Positions 30,201 through 44,200 of a stretch of 64,000 nt of DNA are shown here, in pieces. Origin of the DNA: the human T2T-CHM13v2.0 reference genome, Homo sapiens; assembly GCF_009914755.1 (NCBI RefSeq), contig NC_060933.1. One strand, given 5' to 3'. The notes under the pieces are model-generated. The model made no database searches. It saw nothing but the letters and a program-made list of their open reading frames with translations, and was not told the DNA's origin. The translations under genes were made by a program, and so were the position numbers. Each line of letters opens with the position of its first letter. Position 1 is the first letter of the stretch.

Positions 30201-31609
30201 GAATGGAATGGAATGGAATGGAACGGAACGGAAAGGAATGGAATGGAATGGAATGGAACGGAACGGAACGGAACGGAACGGAACGGAATGGAATGGAATG
30301 GAATGGAATGGAATCAACGCGAGTGCAGGGGAATGGAATGGAATGGAATGCAATGGAATGGAATCTTCCGGAATGGAATGGAATGGAATGGAATGGAATG
30401 GAATGGAATGGAATGGAATAAACCCGAGTGCAATGGAATGGAGTGGAATGGAATGGAATGGAATGGAACAACCCGAATGGAATGGAATGTAATGGAGAGT
30501 AAGGGAGTTGAATAGAATCAATCCGAATGTAATTGAATGGAATGGAACGGAATGGAGTTGAATGGAATGGAATGGAATGCAATGGAATGGAATCAACCCG
30601 AGTTCAATGGAATGGAGAGGAATGGAATGGAATGGAATGGAAACTACCCGAATGGAATGGAATGTAATGGAGTGTAAGGGAATTGAACAGAATCAATCCG
30701 AATGTAATGGAATGGAATGGAACGGAATGGAATGGAATGGAATGGAATGGAATGGAATGGAATGCAATGGAATGGAATCAACCCGAGTGCAATCGAATGG
30801 AATCGAATGGAATGGAATGCCATGGAATGGATTCAACTTGAATGGAATGGAAAGAATGGAATCAACACGAGTGGAATGGCATGGATTGGAATGGAATGGA
30901 ATGGAATGGAATCAACCCGAGTGCAGGGGAATGGAATGGAATGGAATGCAATGGAATGGAATCATCCGGAATGGAATGGAATGGAATGGAATGCAAAGCA
31001 ATGGAATCAACTCGATTGCAATGGAATGGAATGGAAAGGAAAGGAATACATTGGAATCAACCCGAGTGGAATGGAATGGAAAGGACAGGAATGGAGTGGA
31101 ATGGAATGGAATGGAATGGAATGGAATCAACTCGATTGGAATGGAATGGAATGGAATGGAATGGAATGGAATGGAATTAACCCGAATAGAATGGAATGGA
31201 ATGGAATGGAACGGAACGGAATGGAATGGAATGGAATGGAATGGAATGGAATGAAAACAACCCGACTGCAGGGGAATGGAATGGAATGGAATGCAATGGA
31301 ATGGATTCAACTTGAATGGAATGGAAAGAATGGAATCAACACGAGTGGAATGGCATGGATTGGAATGGAATGGAATGGAATCAACCCGAGTACAGGGGAA
31401 TGGAATGGAATGGAATGCAATGGAATGGAATCATCCGTAATGGAATGGAAAGGAATGGAATGGAATGGAATGGAATGGAATGGAATCAACTCGATTGCAA
31501 TCGAATGGAATGGAATGGAATTAACCCGAATAGAATGGAATGGAATGGAATGGAATGGAACGGAATGGAACGGAATGGAATGGATTGGAATGGAATGGAA
31601 TGGAATGGA

Positions 31610-34600
31610 AGGGAAAGGAATGGAATGGAATGGAATGGAATGGAATGGAATGGATTGGAATGGAATGGAATCAACGCGAGTGCAGGGGAATGGAATGGAA
31701 TGGCATGCAATGGAATGGAATCTTCCGGAATGGAATGGAATGGAATGGAATAGAATGGAATGGAATGGAATGGAATGGAATAAACCCGAGTGCAATGGAA
31801 TGGAGTGGAATGGAATGGAATGGAATGGAACAACCCGAATGGAATGGAATGGAATGGAGAGTAAAGGAGTTGAATAGAATCCATCCGAATGTAATGGAAT
31901 GGAATGGAACGGAATGGAATTGAATGGAATGGAATGGAATGCAATGGAATGGAATCAACCCGAGTTCAATGGAATGGAGAGGAATGGAATGGAATGGAAT
32001 GGAAACTACCCGAATTGAATAGAATGTAATGGAGTGTAAGGGAATTGAATAGAATCAATCCGAATGTAATGGAATGGAATGGAACGGAATGGAATGGAAC
32101 GGAATGGAATGGAATGGAATGGAATGGAATGGAATGGAATGCAATGGAATGGAATCAACCCGAGTGCAATCGAATGGAATCGAATGGAATGGAATGCAAT
32201 GGAATGGATTCAACTTGAATGGAATGGAAAGAATGGAATCAACACGAGTGGAATGGCATGGATTGGAATGGAATGGAATGGAATGAACCCGAGTACAGGG
32301 GAATGGAATGGAATGGAATGCAATGGAATCAACCCGAGTGCAATGGAATGGAGTGGAATGGAATGGAATGGAATGGAACAACCCGAATGGAATGGAATGT
32401 AATGGAGAGTAAGGGAGTTGAAAAGAATCAATCCGAATGTAATGGAATGGAATGGAACGGAATGGAATGGAATGGAATGGATTGGAATGGAATGGAATGC
32501 AATGGAATGGAATCCACCCGAGTAAAATGGAATGGAATGGAATGGAATGGAATGGAATGGAATGGAATGGAATGGAATGCAATGGAATGGAATCTTCCGG
32601 AATGGAATGGAATGGAATGCAATGGATTCAAGTCGATTGCAATGGAATGGAATAGAATGGACTGGAATGGAATGGAATGGAATTAAACCGAATAGAATGG
32701 AATGGAATGGAATGGAACGGAACAGAGCGGAACGGAACGGAGTGGAATGGAATGGAATGGAATTGTATGGAATGGAATGGAATGGTACGGAATAGAATGT
32801 AATGGAAAGAATTGGAATGGAATGGAATGGAATGGAATGGAATGGAATGGAATGGAATCAACCCGAGTGCAGGGGAATGTAATGGAACGGAATGCAATGG
32901 AATGGAATCATCCGGAATGGAATGGAATGGAATGGAATGGAAGGGAATGGAATGGAATCAACCCGAACGCAGTGGAATGGAGTGGAATGGAATGGAATGG
33001 AATGGAACAACCAGAATGGAATGGAATGTAATGGAGAGTAAGGGAGTTGAATAGAATCAATCCGAATGTAAGGGAATGGAACGGAATGGAATGGAATGGA
33101 AAGGAATGGAATGGAATGGAATGCAATGGAATGGAATCAACCCGAGTACAATGGAACGGAATGGAATGGAATGTAATGAAATGTAATGTAATGGAATGGA
33201 ATGGAATGGAATCAACCCGAGTGCAATGGAATGGAGAGGAATGGAATGGAATGGAATGGAAACTACCCGAATGGAATGGAATGGAATGGAGTGTAAGGGA
33301 ATTGAATAGAATCAATCCGAATGGAATGGAATGGAATGGAAAGGAATGTAATGTAATGGAATGGAATGGAATCAACCCGAGTGCAGGGGAATGGAATGGA
33401 ATGGAATGCAATGGAATGGAGTCATCCGGAATGGAATGGAATGGAATGCAATGGAATGGAATGGAATGGAATCAACCCGAGTGCAATGGAATGGAGTGAA
33501 ATGGAATGGAATGGAATAGAGACAACCAGAATGGATTGGAATATAATGGAGTGTAAGGGAATTGAATAGAATCAATCTGAATGTAATGAAAGGGAATGGA
33601 ACGGAATGGAATGGAATGGAATGGAATGGAATGGAATGCAATGGAATGGAATCAAAACGAGTGCAATCGAATGGAATCGAATGGAATGGAATGCAATGGA
33701 ATGGATTCAACTTGAATGGAATGGAAAGAATGGAATCAACACGAGTGGAATGGCATGGATTGGAATGGAATAGAATGGAATCAACCCGAGTATAAGGGAA
33801 TGGAATGGAATGGAATGCAATGGAATGGAATCATCCGTAATGGAATGGAAAGGAATGGAATGGAATGGAATGGAATGGAATGGAATGGAATGGAATCAAC
33901 ACGAATGCAATCGAATGGAATGGAATGGAATTAACCCGAATAGAATGGAATGGAATGGAATGGAACGGAACGGAATGGAATGGAATGGAATGGAATGGAA
34001 TGGAATGCAACGGAAAGGAAGGGAATGGAATGGAATAGAATGGAATGGAATGGAATCAACGCGAGTGCAGGGGAATGGAATGGAATGGAATGCAATGGAA
34101 TGGAATCTTCCGGAATGGAATGGAATGGAATGGAATGGAATGGAATGGAATGGAATCAACCCGAGTGCAATGGAATGGAGTGGAATGGAATGGAATGGAA
34201 TGGAACAACCCGAATGGAATGGAATGTAATGGAGAGTAAGGGAGTTGAATAGAATCAATCAGAATGTAATGGAATGGAATGAAACGGAATGGAATTGAAT
34301 GGAATGGAATGGAATGCAATGGAATGGAATCAACCCGAGTGCAATGGAATGGAGAGGAATGGAATGCAATGGAATGGAAACTACCCAAATGGAATGGAAT
34401 GTAATGGAGTGTAAGGGAATTGAATAGAATCAATCCGAATGTAATGGAATGGTATGGAACGGAATGGAACGGAATGGAATGGAATGGAACGGAATGGAAT
34501 GGAATGGAATGCAATGGAATGGAATCAACCCGAGTGCAATCGAATGGAATCGAATGGAATGGAATGCAATGGAATGGATTCAACTTGAATGGAATGGAAA

Positions 34601-36480
34601 GAATGGAATCAACACGAGTGGAATGGCATGGATTGGAATGGAATGGAATGGAATCAACCCGAGTACAGGGGAATGGAATGGAATGGAATGCAATGGAATG
34701 GAATCATCCGTAAAGGAATGGAAAGGAATGGAATGGAATGGAATGGAATGGAATGGAATGGAATCAACTCGATTGCAATCGAATGGAATGGAATGGAATT
34801 AACCCGTATAGAATGGAATGGTACGGAACGGAATGGAATGGAATGGAATGGAATTGAATGGAATGGAATGGAACGGAATCAACGCGACTGCAGGGGAATG
34901 GAATGGAATGGAATGCAATGGAATGGAATCTTCCGGAATGGAATGGAATGGAATGGAATGGAATGGAATGAAATGCAATGGATTCAACTCGATTGCAATG
35001 GAATGGAATAGAATGGATTGGAATGGAATGGAATGGAATTAATTCGAATAGAATGGAATGGAATGGAATGGAACGGAATGGAACGGAATGGAATGGAATG
35101 GAATGGAATGGAATGGTATGGAATGCAATGGAATGGTACGGAATAGAATGGAATGGAAAGAATTGTAATGGAATGGAATTGAATGGAATGGAATGGAATG
35201 GAATGGAATCAACGCGAGTGCAGGGGAATGTAATGGAACGGAATGCAATGGAATGGAATCATCCGGAATGGAATGGAATGGAATGGAATGGAATGGAATG
35301 GAATGGAGTGGAATCAACCCGAGAGCAATGGAATGGAGTGGAATGGAATGGAATGGAATGGAACAACCCGAATGGAATGGAATGTAATGGAGAGTAAGGG
35401 AGTTGAATAGAATCAATCCGAATGTAATGGAATGGAATGCAACGGAATGGAATGGAATGGAATGCAATGGAATTGAATCAACCCGAGTACAATGGAATGG
35501 AATGGAATGGAATGGAATGGAATGGAATGGAATGGATTGGAATGGAATGATACGGAATAGAATGGAATGGAACGAAATGGAATGGAATGGAATGGAATGG
35601 AATGGAATGGAATGGAATGAAATGGAATGGAATGGAAAGGAATGGAATGGAATGGAATGGAATGGAATGGAATGGAATGGATTGGAATGGAATGGAATCA
35701 ACGCGAGTGCAGGGGAATGGAATGGAATGGCATGCAATGGAATGGAATCTTCCGGAATGGAATGGAATGGAATGGAATAGAATGGAATGGAATGGAATGG
35801 AATGGAATAAACCCGAGTGCAATGGAATGGAGTGGAATGGAATGGAATGGAATGGAACAACCCGAATGGAATGGAATGGAATGGAGAGTAAGGGAGTTGA
35901 ATAGAATCCATCCGAATGTAATGGAATGGAATGGAACGGAATGGAATTGAATGGAATGGAATGGAATGCAATGGAATGGAATCAACCCGAGTTCAATGGA
36001 ATGGAGAGGAATGGAATGGAATGGAATGGAAACTACCCGAATGGAATAGAATGTAATGGAGTGTAAGGGAATTGAATAGAATCAATCCGAATGTAATGGA
36101 ATGGAATGGAACGGAATGGAATGGAACGGAATGGAATGGAATGGAATGGAATGGAATGGAATGGAATGCAACGGAATGGAATCAACCCGAGTGCAATCGA
36201 ATGGAATCGAATGGAATGGAATGCAATGGAATGGATTCAACTTGAATGGAATGGAAAGAATGGAATCAACACGAGTGGAATGGCATGGATTGGAATGGAA
36301 TGGAATGGAATGAACCCGAGTACAGGGGAATGGAATGGAATGGAATGCAATGGAATCAACCCGAGTGCAATGGAATGGAGTGGAATGGAATGGAATGGAA
36401 TGGAACAACCCGAATGGAATGGAATGTAATGGAGAGTAAGGGAGTTGAATAGAATCAATCCGAATGTAATGGAATGGAAT
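31610..36480 (+). repeat. ~0.85-kb segment duplicated at 4027 bp offset (~31.6-32.45 kb / ~35.63-36.48 kb)
   Basis: Both copies share GGCATGCAATGG, GAATCCATCCGAAT, CCCGAGTTCAATGG and GAATGAACCCGAGTACAGG. ORF pairs 31671/35698, 32074/36101 and 32079/36106 match. Confidence 0.85.
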
Positions 36481-38200
36481 GGAACGGAATGGAATTGAAT
36501 GGAATGGAATGGAATGGAATCAACCCGAGTGCAATGGAATGGAGAGGAATGGAATGGAATGGAATGGAAACTACCCGAATGGAATGGAATGTAATGGAGT
36601 GTAAGGGAATTGAATAGAATCAATCCGAATGTAATGGAATGGAATGGAACGGAATGGAATGGAATGGAATGGAATGGAATGGAATGGAATGGAATGCAAT
36701 GGAATGGAATCAACCCGAGTGCAATCGAATGGAATCGAATGGAATGGAATGCAATGGAATGGATTCAACTTGAATGGAATGGAAAGAATGGAATCAACAC
36801 GAGTGGAATGGCATGGATTGGAATGGAATGGAATGGAATCAACCCGAGTACAGGGGAATGGAATGGAATGGAATGCAATGGAATGGAATCATCCGTAATG
36901 GAATGGAAAGGAATGGAATGGAATGGAATGGAATGGAATGGAATGGAATGGAATCAACTCGATTGCAATCGAATGGAATGGAATGGAATTAACCCGAATA
37001 GAATGGAATGGAATGGAATGGAACGCAACGGAATGGAATGGAATGGAACGGAATGGAATGGAACGGAACGGAACGGAATGGATGGAATGGAATGGAATGG
37101 AATGGAATGGAATCAACGCGAGTGCAGGGGAATGGAATGGAATGGAATGCAATGGAATGGAATCTTCCGGAATGGAATGGAATGGAATGGAATGGAATGG
37201 AATGAAATGCAATGGATTCAACTCGATTGCAATGGAATGGAATAGAATGGAATGGAATGGAATGGAATGGAATGGAATTAACCCGAATAGAATGGAATGG
37301 AATGGAATGGAACGGAATGGAACGGAATGCAATGGAATGGAATGGAATGGAATGGTATGGAATGGAATGGAATGGTACGGAATAGAATGGAATGGAACGA
37401 ATTGTAATGGAATGGAATTGAATGGAATGAAATGGAATGGAATGGAATGGAATGGAATCAACGCGAGTGCAGGGGAATGTAATGGAACGAAATGCAATGG
37501 AATGGAATCATGCGGAATGGAATGGAATGGAATGGAATGGAATGGAATGGAATCAACCCGAGTGCAATGGAATGGAGTGGAATGGAATGGAATGGAATGG
37601 AACAACCCGAATGGAATGGAATGTAATGGAGAGTAAGGGAGTTGAATAGAATCAATCCGAATGTAATGGAATGGAATTCAATGGAATGGAAAGGAATGGA
37701 ATGGAATGGAATGGAATGGAATGGAATGGAATGGAATGGAATGCCTTCAAACCGAATGTAATGGAAAGGAATGGAATCAACACGAGTGGAATGGAATCGA
37801 ATGGAATGGAATCGAATGGAATGGAATGATATGGAATAGAATGGAATGGAACGAAATGGAATGGAACGAAATGGAATGGAATGGAATGGAATGGAATGGA
37901 ATGGAATGATACGGAATAGAATGGAATGGAACGAAATGGAGTGGAATGGAATGGAATGGAATGAAATGGAATGGAATGGAATCGTTCCTAGTGGAATAGG
38001 AGGGAATGTATTCGAGTGGAATGGAAAGGAATGGTATCAACCAGAGTGGAATGGAAGGGAATGGAATGGAATGGAAACTAATAGAATGGAATCAACCCGA
38101 GTGGAATGGAATGGAAAGGACTGGAATGGAATGGAATGGAATGGAATCAACTCGATTGTAATGGAATGGAATGGAATGGAATGGAATGGAATGGAATGGA
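33120..38200 (+). repeat. Rearranged HOR variant ('unit 0', ~5.83-5.93 kb period) preceding the homogeneous HOR
   Basis: 33.1-35.6 kb matches 39.05-41.55 kb (ORF pairs 33366/39284, 33716/39629, 34978/40906). 36.35-38.2 kb matches 42.2-44.0 kb at exactly +5830 (36774/42604, 36889/42719, 37777/43607). Confidence 0.8.
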
Positions 38201-41200
38201 ATTAACCCGAATACAATGGAATGGAATGGAATGGAATGGAATGGAGTGGAATGGAATGGAATCAACCCGAGTGCAGGGTAATGGAATGGAATGGAATGCA
38301 ATGGAATGGAATCATCCGGAATGGAATGGAATGGAATGGAATGCAAAGCAATGGAATCAACTCGATTGCAATGGAATGGAATGGAATGGAAAGGAATACA
38401 TTGGAATCAACCCGAGTGGAATGGAATGGAAAGGACTGGAATGGAGTGGAATGGAATGGAATGGAATGGAATGGAAACAACTCGATTGGAATGGAATGGA
38501 ATGGAATGGAATGGAATTAACCCGAATAGAATGGAATTGAATGGAATGGAAAGGAACGGAATGGAATGGAATGGAATGGAATGGAATGGAATGGAATGGA
38601 ATCAACCCGACTGCAGGGGAATGGAATGGAATGGAATGCAATGGAATGGATTCAACTTCAATGGAATGGAAAGAATGGAATCAACACGAGTGGAATGGCA
38701 TGGATTGGAATGGAATGGAATGGAATTAACCCGAGTACAAGGGAATGGAATGGAATGGAATGCAATGGAATGGAATCATCCGTAATGGAATGGAAAGGAA
38801 TGGAATGGAATGGAATGGAATGGAATAGAATGGAATGGAATCAACTCGATTGCAATCGAATGGAATGGAATGGAATTAACCCGAATAAAATGGAATGGAA
38901 TCGAATGGAACGGAACGGAACGGAATGGAATGGATTGGAATGGAATGGAATGGAATGGAACGGAATGGAATGGAATGGAATGGAATGGAATGGAATGGAA
39001 TGGAATCAACCCGAGTGCAGGGGAATGGAATGGAATGGAATGCAATGGAATGGAATCAACCCGAGTACAATGGAACGGAATGGAATGGAATGTAATGAAA
39101 TGTAATGTAATGGAATGGAATGGAATGGAATCAACCCGAGTGCAATGGAATGGAGAGGAATGTATGGAATGGAATGGAAACTACCCGAATGGAATGGAAT
39201 GGAATGGAGTGTAAGGGAATTGAATAGAATCAATCCGAATGGAATGGAATGGAATGGAAAGGAATGTAATGTAATGGAATGGAATGGAATCAACCCGAGT
39301 GCAGGGGAATGGAATGGAATGGAATGCAATGGAATGGAGTCATCCGGAATGGAATGGAATGGAATGCAATGGAATGGAATGGAATGGAATCAACCCGAGT
39401 GCAATGGAATGGAGTGAAATGGAATGGAATGGAATAGAGACAACCAGAATGGATTGGAATATAATGGAGTGTAAGGGAATTGAATAGAATCAATCTGAAT
39501 GTAATGAAAGGGTATGGAACGGAATGGAATGGAATGGAATGAAATGGAATGCAATGGAATGGAATCAAAACGAGTGCAATCGAATGGAATCGAATGGAAT
39601 GGAATGCAATGGAATGGATTCAACTTGAATGGAATGGAAAGAATGGAATCAACACGAGTGGAATGGCATGGATTGGAATGGAATAGAATGGAATCAACCC
39701 GAGTATAAGGGAATGGAATGGAATGGAATGCAATGGAATGGAATCATCCGTAATGGAATGGAAAGGAATGGAATGGAATGGAATGGAATGGAATGGAATG
39801 GAATGGAATCAACACGATTGCAATCGAATGGAATGGAATGGAATTAACCCGAATAGAATGGAATGGAATGGAATGGAACGGAACGGAATGGAATGGAATG
39901 GAATGGAATGGAATGGAATGCAACGGAAAGGAAGGGAATGGAATGGAATAGAATGGAATGGAATGGAATCAACGCGAGTGCAGGGGAATGGAATGGAATG
40001 GAATGCAATGGAATGGAATCTTCCGGAATGGAATGGAATGGAATGGAATGGAATGGAATGGAATCAACCCGAGTGCAATGGAATGGAGTGGAATGGAATG
40101 GAATGGAATGGAACAACCCGAATGGAATGGAATGTAATGGAGAGTAAGGGAGTTGAATAGAATCAATCAGAATGTAATGGAATGGAATGAAACGGAATGG
40201 AATTGAATGGAATGGAATGGAATGCAATGGAATGGAATCAACCCGAGTGCAATGGAATGGAGAGGAATGGAATGCAATGGAATGGAAACTACCCAAATGG
40301 AATGGAATGTAATGGAGTGTAAGGGAATTGAATAGAATCAATCCGAATGTAATGGAATGGTATGGAACGGAATGGAACGGAATGGAATGGAATGGAATGG
40401 AATGGAATGGAATGCAATGGAATGGAATCAACCCGAGTGCAATCGAATGGAATCGAATGGAATGGAATGCAATGGAATGGATTCAACTTGAATGGAATGG
40501 AAAGAATGGAATCAACACGAGTGGAATGGCATGGATTGGAATGGAATGGAATGGAATCAACCCGAGTACAGGGGAATGGAATGGAATGGAATGCAATGGA
40601 ATGGAATCATCCGTAAAGGAATGGAAAGGAATGGAATGGAATGGAATGGAATGGAATGGAATGGAATGGAATGGAATGGAATGGAATGGAATCAACTCGA
40701 TTGCAATCGAATGGAATGGAATGGAATTAACCCGTATAGAATGGAATGGTACGGAACGGAATGGAATGGAATGGAATGGAATGGAATTGAATGGAATGGA
40801 ATGGAACGGAATCAACGCGACTGCAGGGGAATGGAATGGAATGGAATGCAATGGAATGGAATCTTCCGGAATGGAATGGAATGGAATGGAATGGAATGAA
40901 ATGCAATGGATTCAACTCGATTGCAATGGAATGGAATAGAATGGATTGGAATGGAATGGAATGGAATTAATTCGAATAGAATGGAATGGAATGGAATGGA
41001 ACGGAATGGAACGGAATGGAATGGAATGGAATGGAATGGAATGGTATGGAATGCAATGGAATGGTACGGAATAGAATGGAATGGAAAGAATTGTAATGGA
41101 ATGGAATTGAATGGAATGGAATGGAATGGAATGGAATCAACGCGAGTGCAGGGGAATGTAATGGAACGGAATGCAATGGAATGGAATCATCCGGAATGGA

Positions 41201-44200
41201 ATGGAATGGAATGGAATGGAATGGAATGGAATGGAGTGGAATCAACCCGAGAGCAATGGAATGGAGTGGAATGGAATGGAATGGAATGGAACAACCCGAA
41301 TGGAATGGAATGTAATGGAGAGTAAGGGAGTTGAATAGAATCAATCCGAATGTAATGGAATGGAATGCAACGGAATGGAATGGAATGGAATGCAATGGAA
41401 TTGAATCAACCCGAGTACAATGGAATGGAATGGAATGGAATGGAATGGAATGGAATGGATTGGAATGGAATGATACGGAATAGAATGGAATGGAACGAAA
41501 TGGAATGGAATGGAATGGAATGGAATGGAATGGAATGGAATGAAATGGAATGGAATGGAATGGAATGAAATGGAATGGAATGGAATGGAATCGTTCCGAG
41601 TGGAATAGGAGGGAATGTATTCGAGTGGAATGGAAAGGAATGGTATCAACCAGAGTGGAATGGAAGGGAATGGAATGGAATGGAAACTAATAGAATGGAA
41701 TCAACCCGAGTGGAATGGAATGGAAAGGACTGGAATGGAATGGAATGGAATGGAATCAACTCGATTGTAATGGAATGGAATGGCATGGAATGGAATGGAA
41801 TTAACCCGAATACAATGGAATGGGATGGAATGGAACGGAATGGAGTGGAATGGAATGGAATCAACCCGAGTGCAGGAGAATGGAATGGAATGGAATGCAA
41901 TGGAATGGAATCATCCGGAATGGAATGGAATGGAATGGAATGCAAAGCAATGGAATCAACTCGATTGCAATGGAATGGAATGGAATGGAAAGGAATACAT
42001 TGGAATCAACCCGAGTGGAATGGAATGGAAAGGACTGGAATGGAGTGGAATGGAATGGAATGGAATGGAATGGAATCAACTCGATTGGAATGGAATGGAA
42101 TGGAATGGAATGGAATGGAATTAACCCCAATAGAATGGAATGGAATGGAATGGAACGGAACGGAATGGAATGGAATGGAATTGAATGGAATGGAATAAAC
42201 CCGAGTGCAATGGAATGGAGTGGAATGGAATGGAATGGAATGGAACAACCCGAATGGAATGGAATGTAATGGAGAGTAAGGGAGTTGAATAGAATCAATC
42301 CGAATGTAATGGAATGGAATGGAACGGAATGGAATTGAATGGAATGGAATGGAATGGAATCAACCCGAGTGCAATGGAATGGAGAGGAATGGAATGGAAT
42401 GGAATGGAAACTACCCGAATGGAATGGAATGTAATGGAGTGTAAGGGAATTGAATAGAATCAATCCGAATGTAATGGAATGGAATGGAATGGAATGGAAT
42501 GGAATGGAATGGAATGGAATGGAATGCAATGGAATGGAATCAACCCGAGTGCAATCGAATGGAATCGAATGGAATGGAATGCAATGGAATGGATTCAACT
42601 TGAATGGAATGGAAAGAATGGAATCAACACGAGTGGAATGGCATGGATTGGAATGGAATGGAATGGAATCAACCCGAGTACAGGGGAATGGAATGGAATG
42701 GAATGCAATGGAATGGAATCATCCGTAATGGAATGGAAAGGAATGGAATGGAATGGAATGGAATGGAATGGAATGGAATGGAATCAACTCGATTGCAATC
42801 GAATGGAATGGAATGGAATTAACCCGAATAGAATGGAATGGAATGGAATGGAACGCAACGGAATGGAATGGAATGGAACGGAATGGAATGGAACGGAACA
42901 GAACGGAATGGATGGAATGGAATGGAATGGAATGGAATGGAATCAACGCGAGTGCAGGGGAATGGAATGGAATGGAATGCAATGGAATGGAATCTTCCGG
43001 AATGGAATGGAATGGAATGGAATGGAATGGAATGAAATGCAATGGATTCAACTCGATTGCAATGGAATGGAATAGAATGGAATGGAATGGAATGGAATGG
43101 AATGGAATTAACCCGAATAGAATGGAATGGAATGGAATGGAACGGAATGGAACGGAATGCAATGGAATGGAATGGAATGGAATGGTATGGAATGGAATGG
43201 AATGGTACGGAATAGAATGGAATGGAACGAATTGTAATGGAATGGAATTGAATGGAATGAAATGGAATGGAATGGAATGGAATGGAATCAACGCGAGTGC
43301 AGGGGAATGTAATGGAACGAAATGCAATGGAATGGAATCATGCGGAATGGAATGGAATGGAATGGAATGGAATGGAATGGAATCAACCCGAGTGCAATGG
43401 AATGGAGTGGAATGGAATGGAATGGAATGGAACAACCCGAATGGAATGGAATGTAATGGAGAGTAAGGGAGTTGAATAGAATCAATCCGAATGTAATGGA
43501 ATGGAATTCAATGGAATGGAAAGGAATGGAATGGAATGGAAAGGAATGGAATGGAATGGAATGGAATGGAATGCCTTCAAACCGAATGTAATGGAAAGGA
43601 ATGGAATCAACACGAGTGGAATGGAATGGAATGGAATGGAATCGAATGGAATGGAATAATATGGAATAGAATGGAATGGAACGAAATGGAATGGAACGAA
43701 ATGGAATGGAATGGAATGGAATGGAATGGAATGGAATGATACGGAATAGAATGGAATGGAACGAAATGGAGTGGAATGGAATGGAATGGAATGAAATGGA
43801 ATGGAATGGAATCGTTCCTAGTGGAATAGGAGGGAATGTATTCGAGTGGAATGGAAAGGAATGGTATCAACCAGAGTGGAATGGAAGGGAATGGAATGGA
43901 ATGGAAACTAATAGAATGGAATCAACCCGAGTGGAATGGAATGGAAAGGACTGGAATGGAATGGAATGGAATGGAATCAACTCGATTGTAATGGAATGGA
44001 ATGGAATGGAATGGAATGGAATGGAATGGAATTAACCCGAATACAATGGAATGGAATGGAATGGAATGGAATGGAGTGGAATGGAATGGAATCAACCCGA
44101 GTGCAGGGTAATGGAATGGAATGGAATGCAATGGAATGGAATCATCCGGAATGGAATGGAATGGAATGGAATGCAAAGCAATGGAATCAACTCGATTGCA

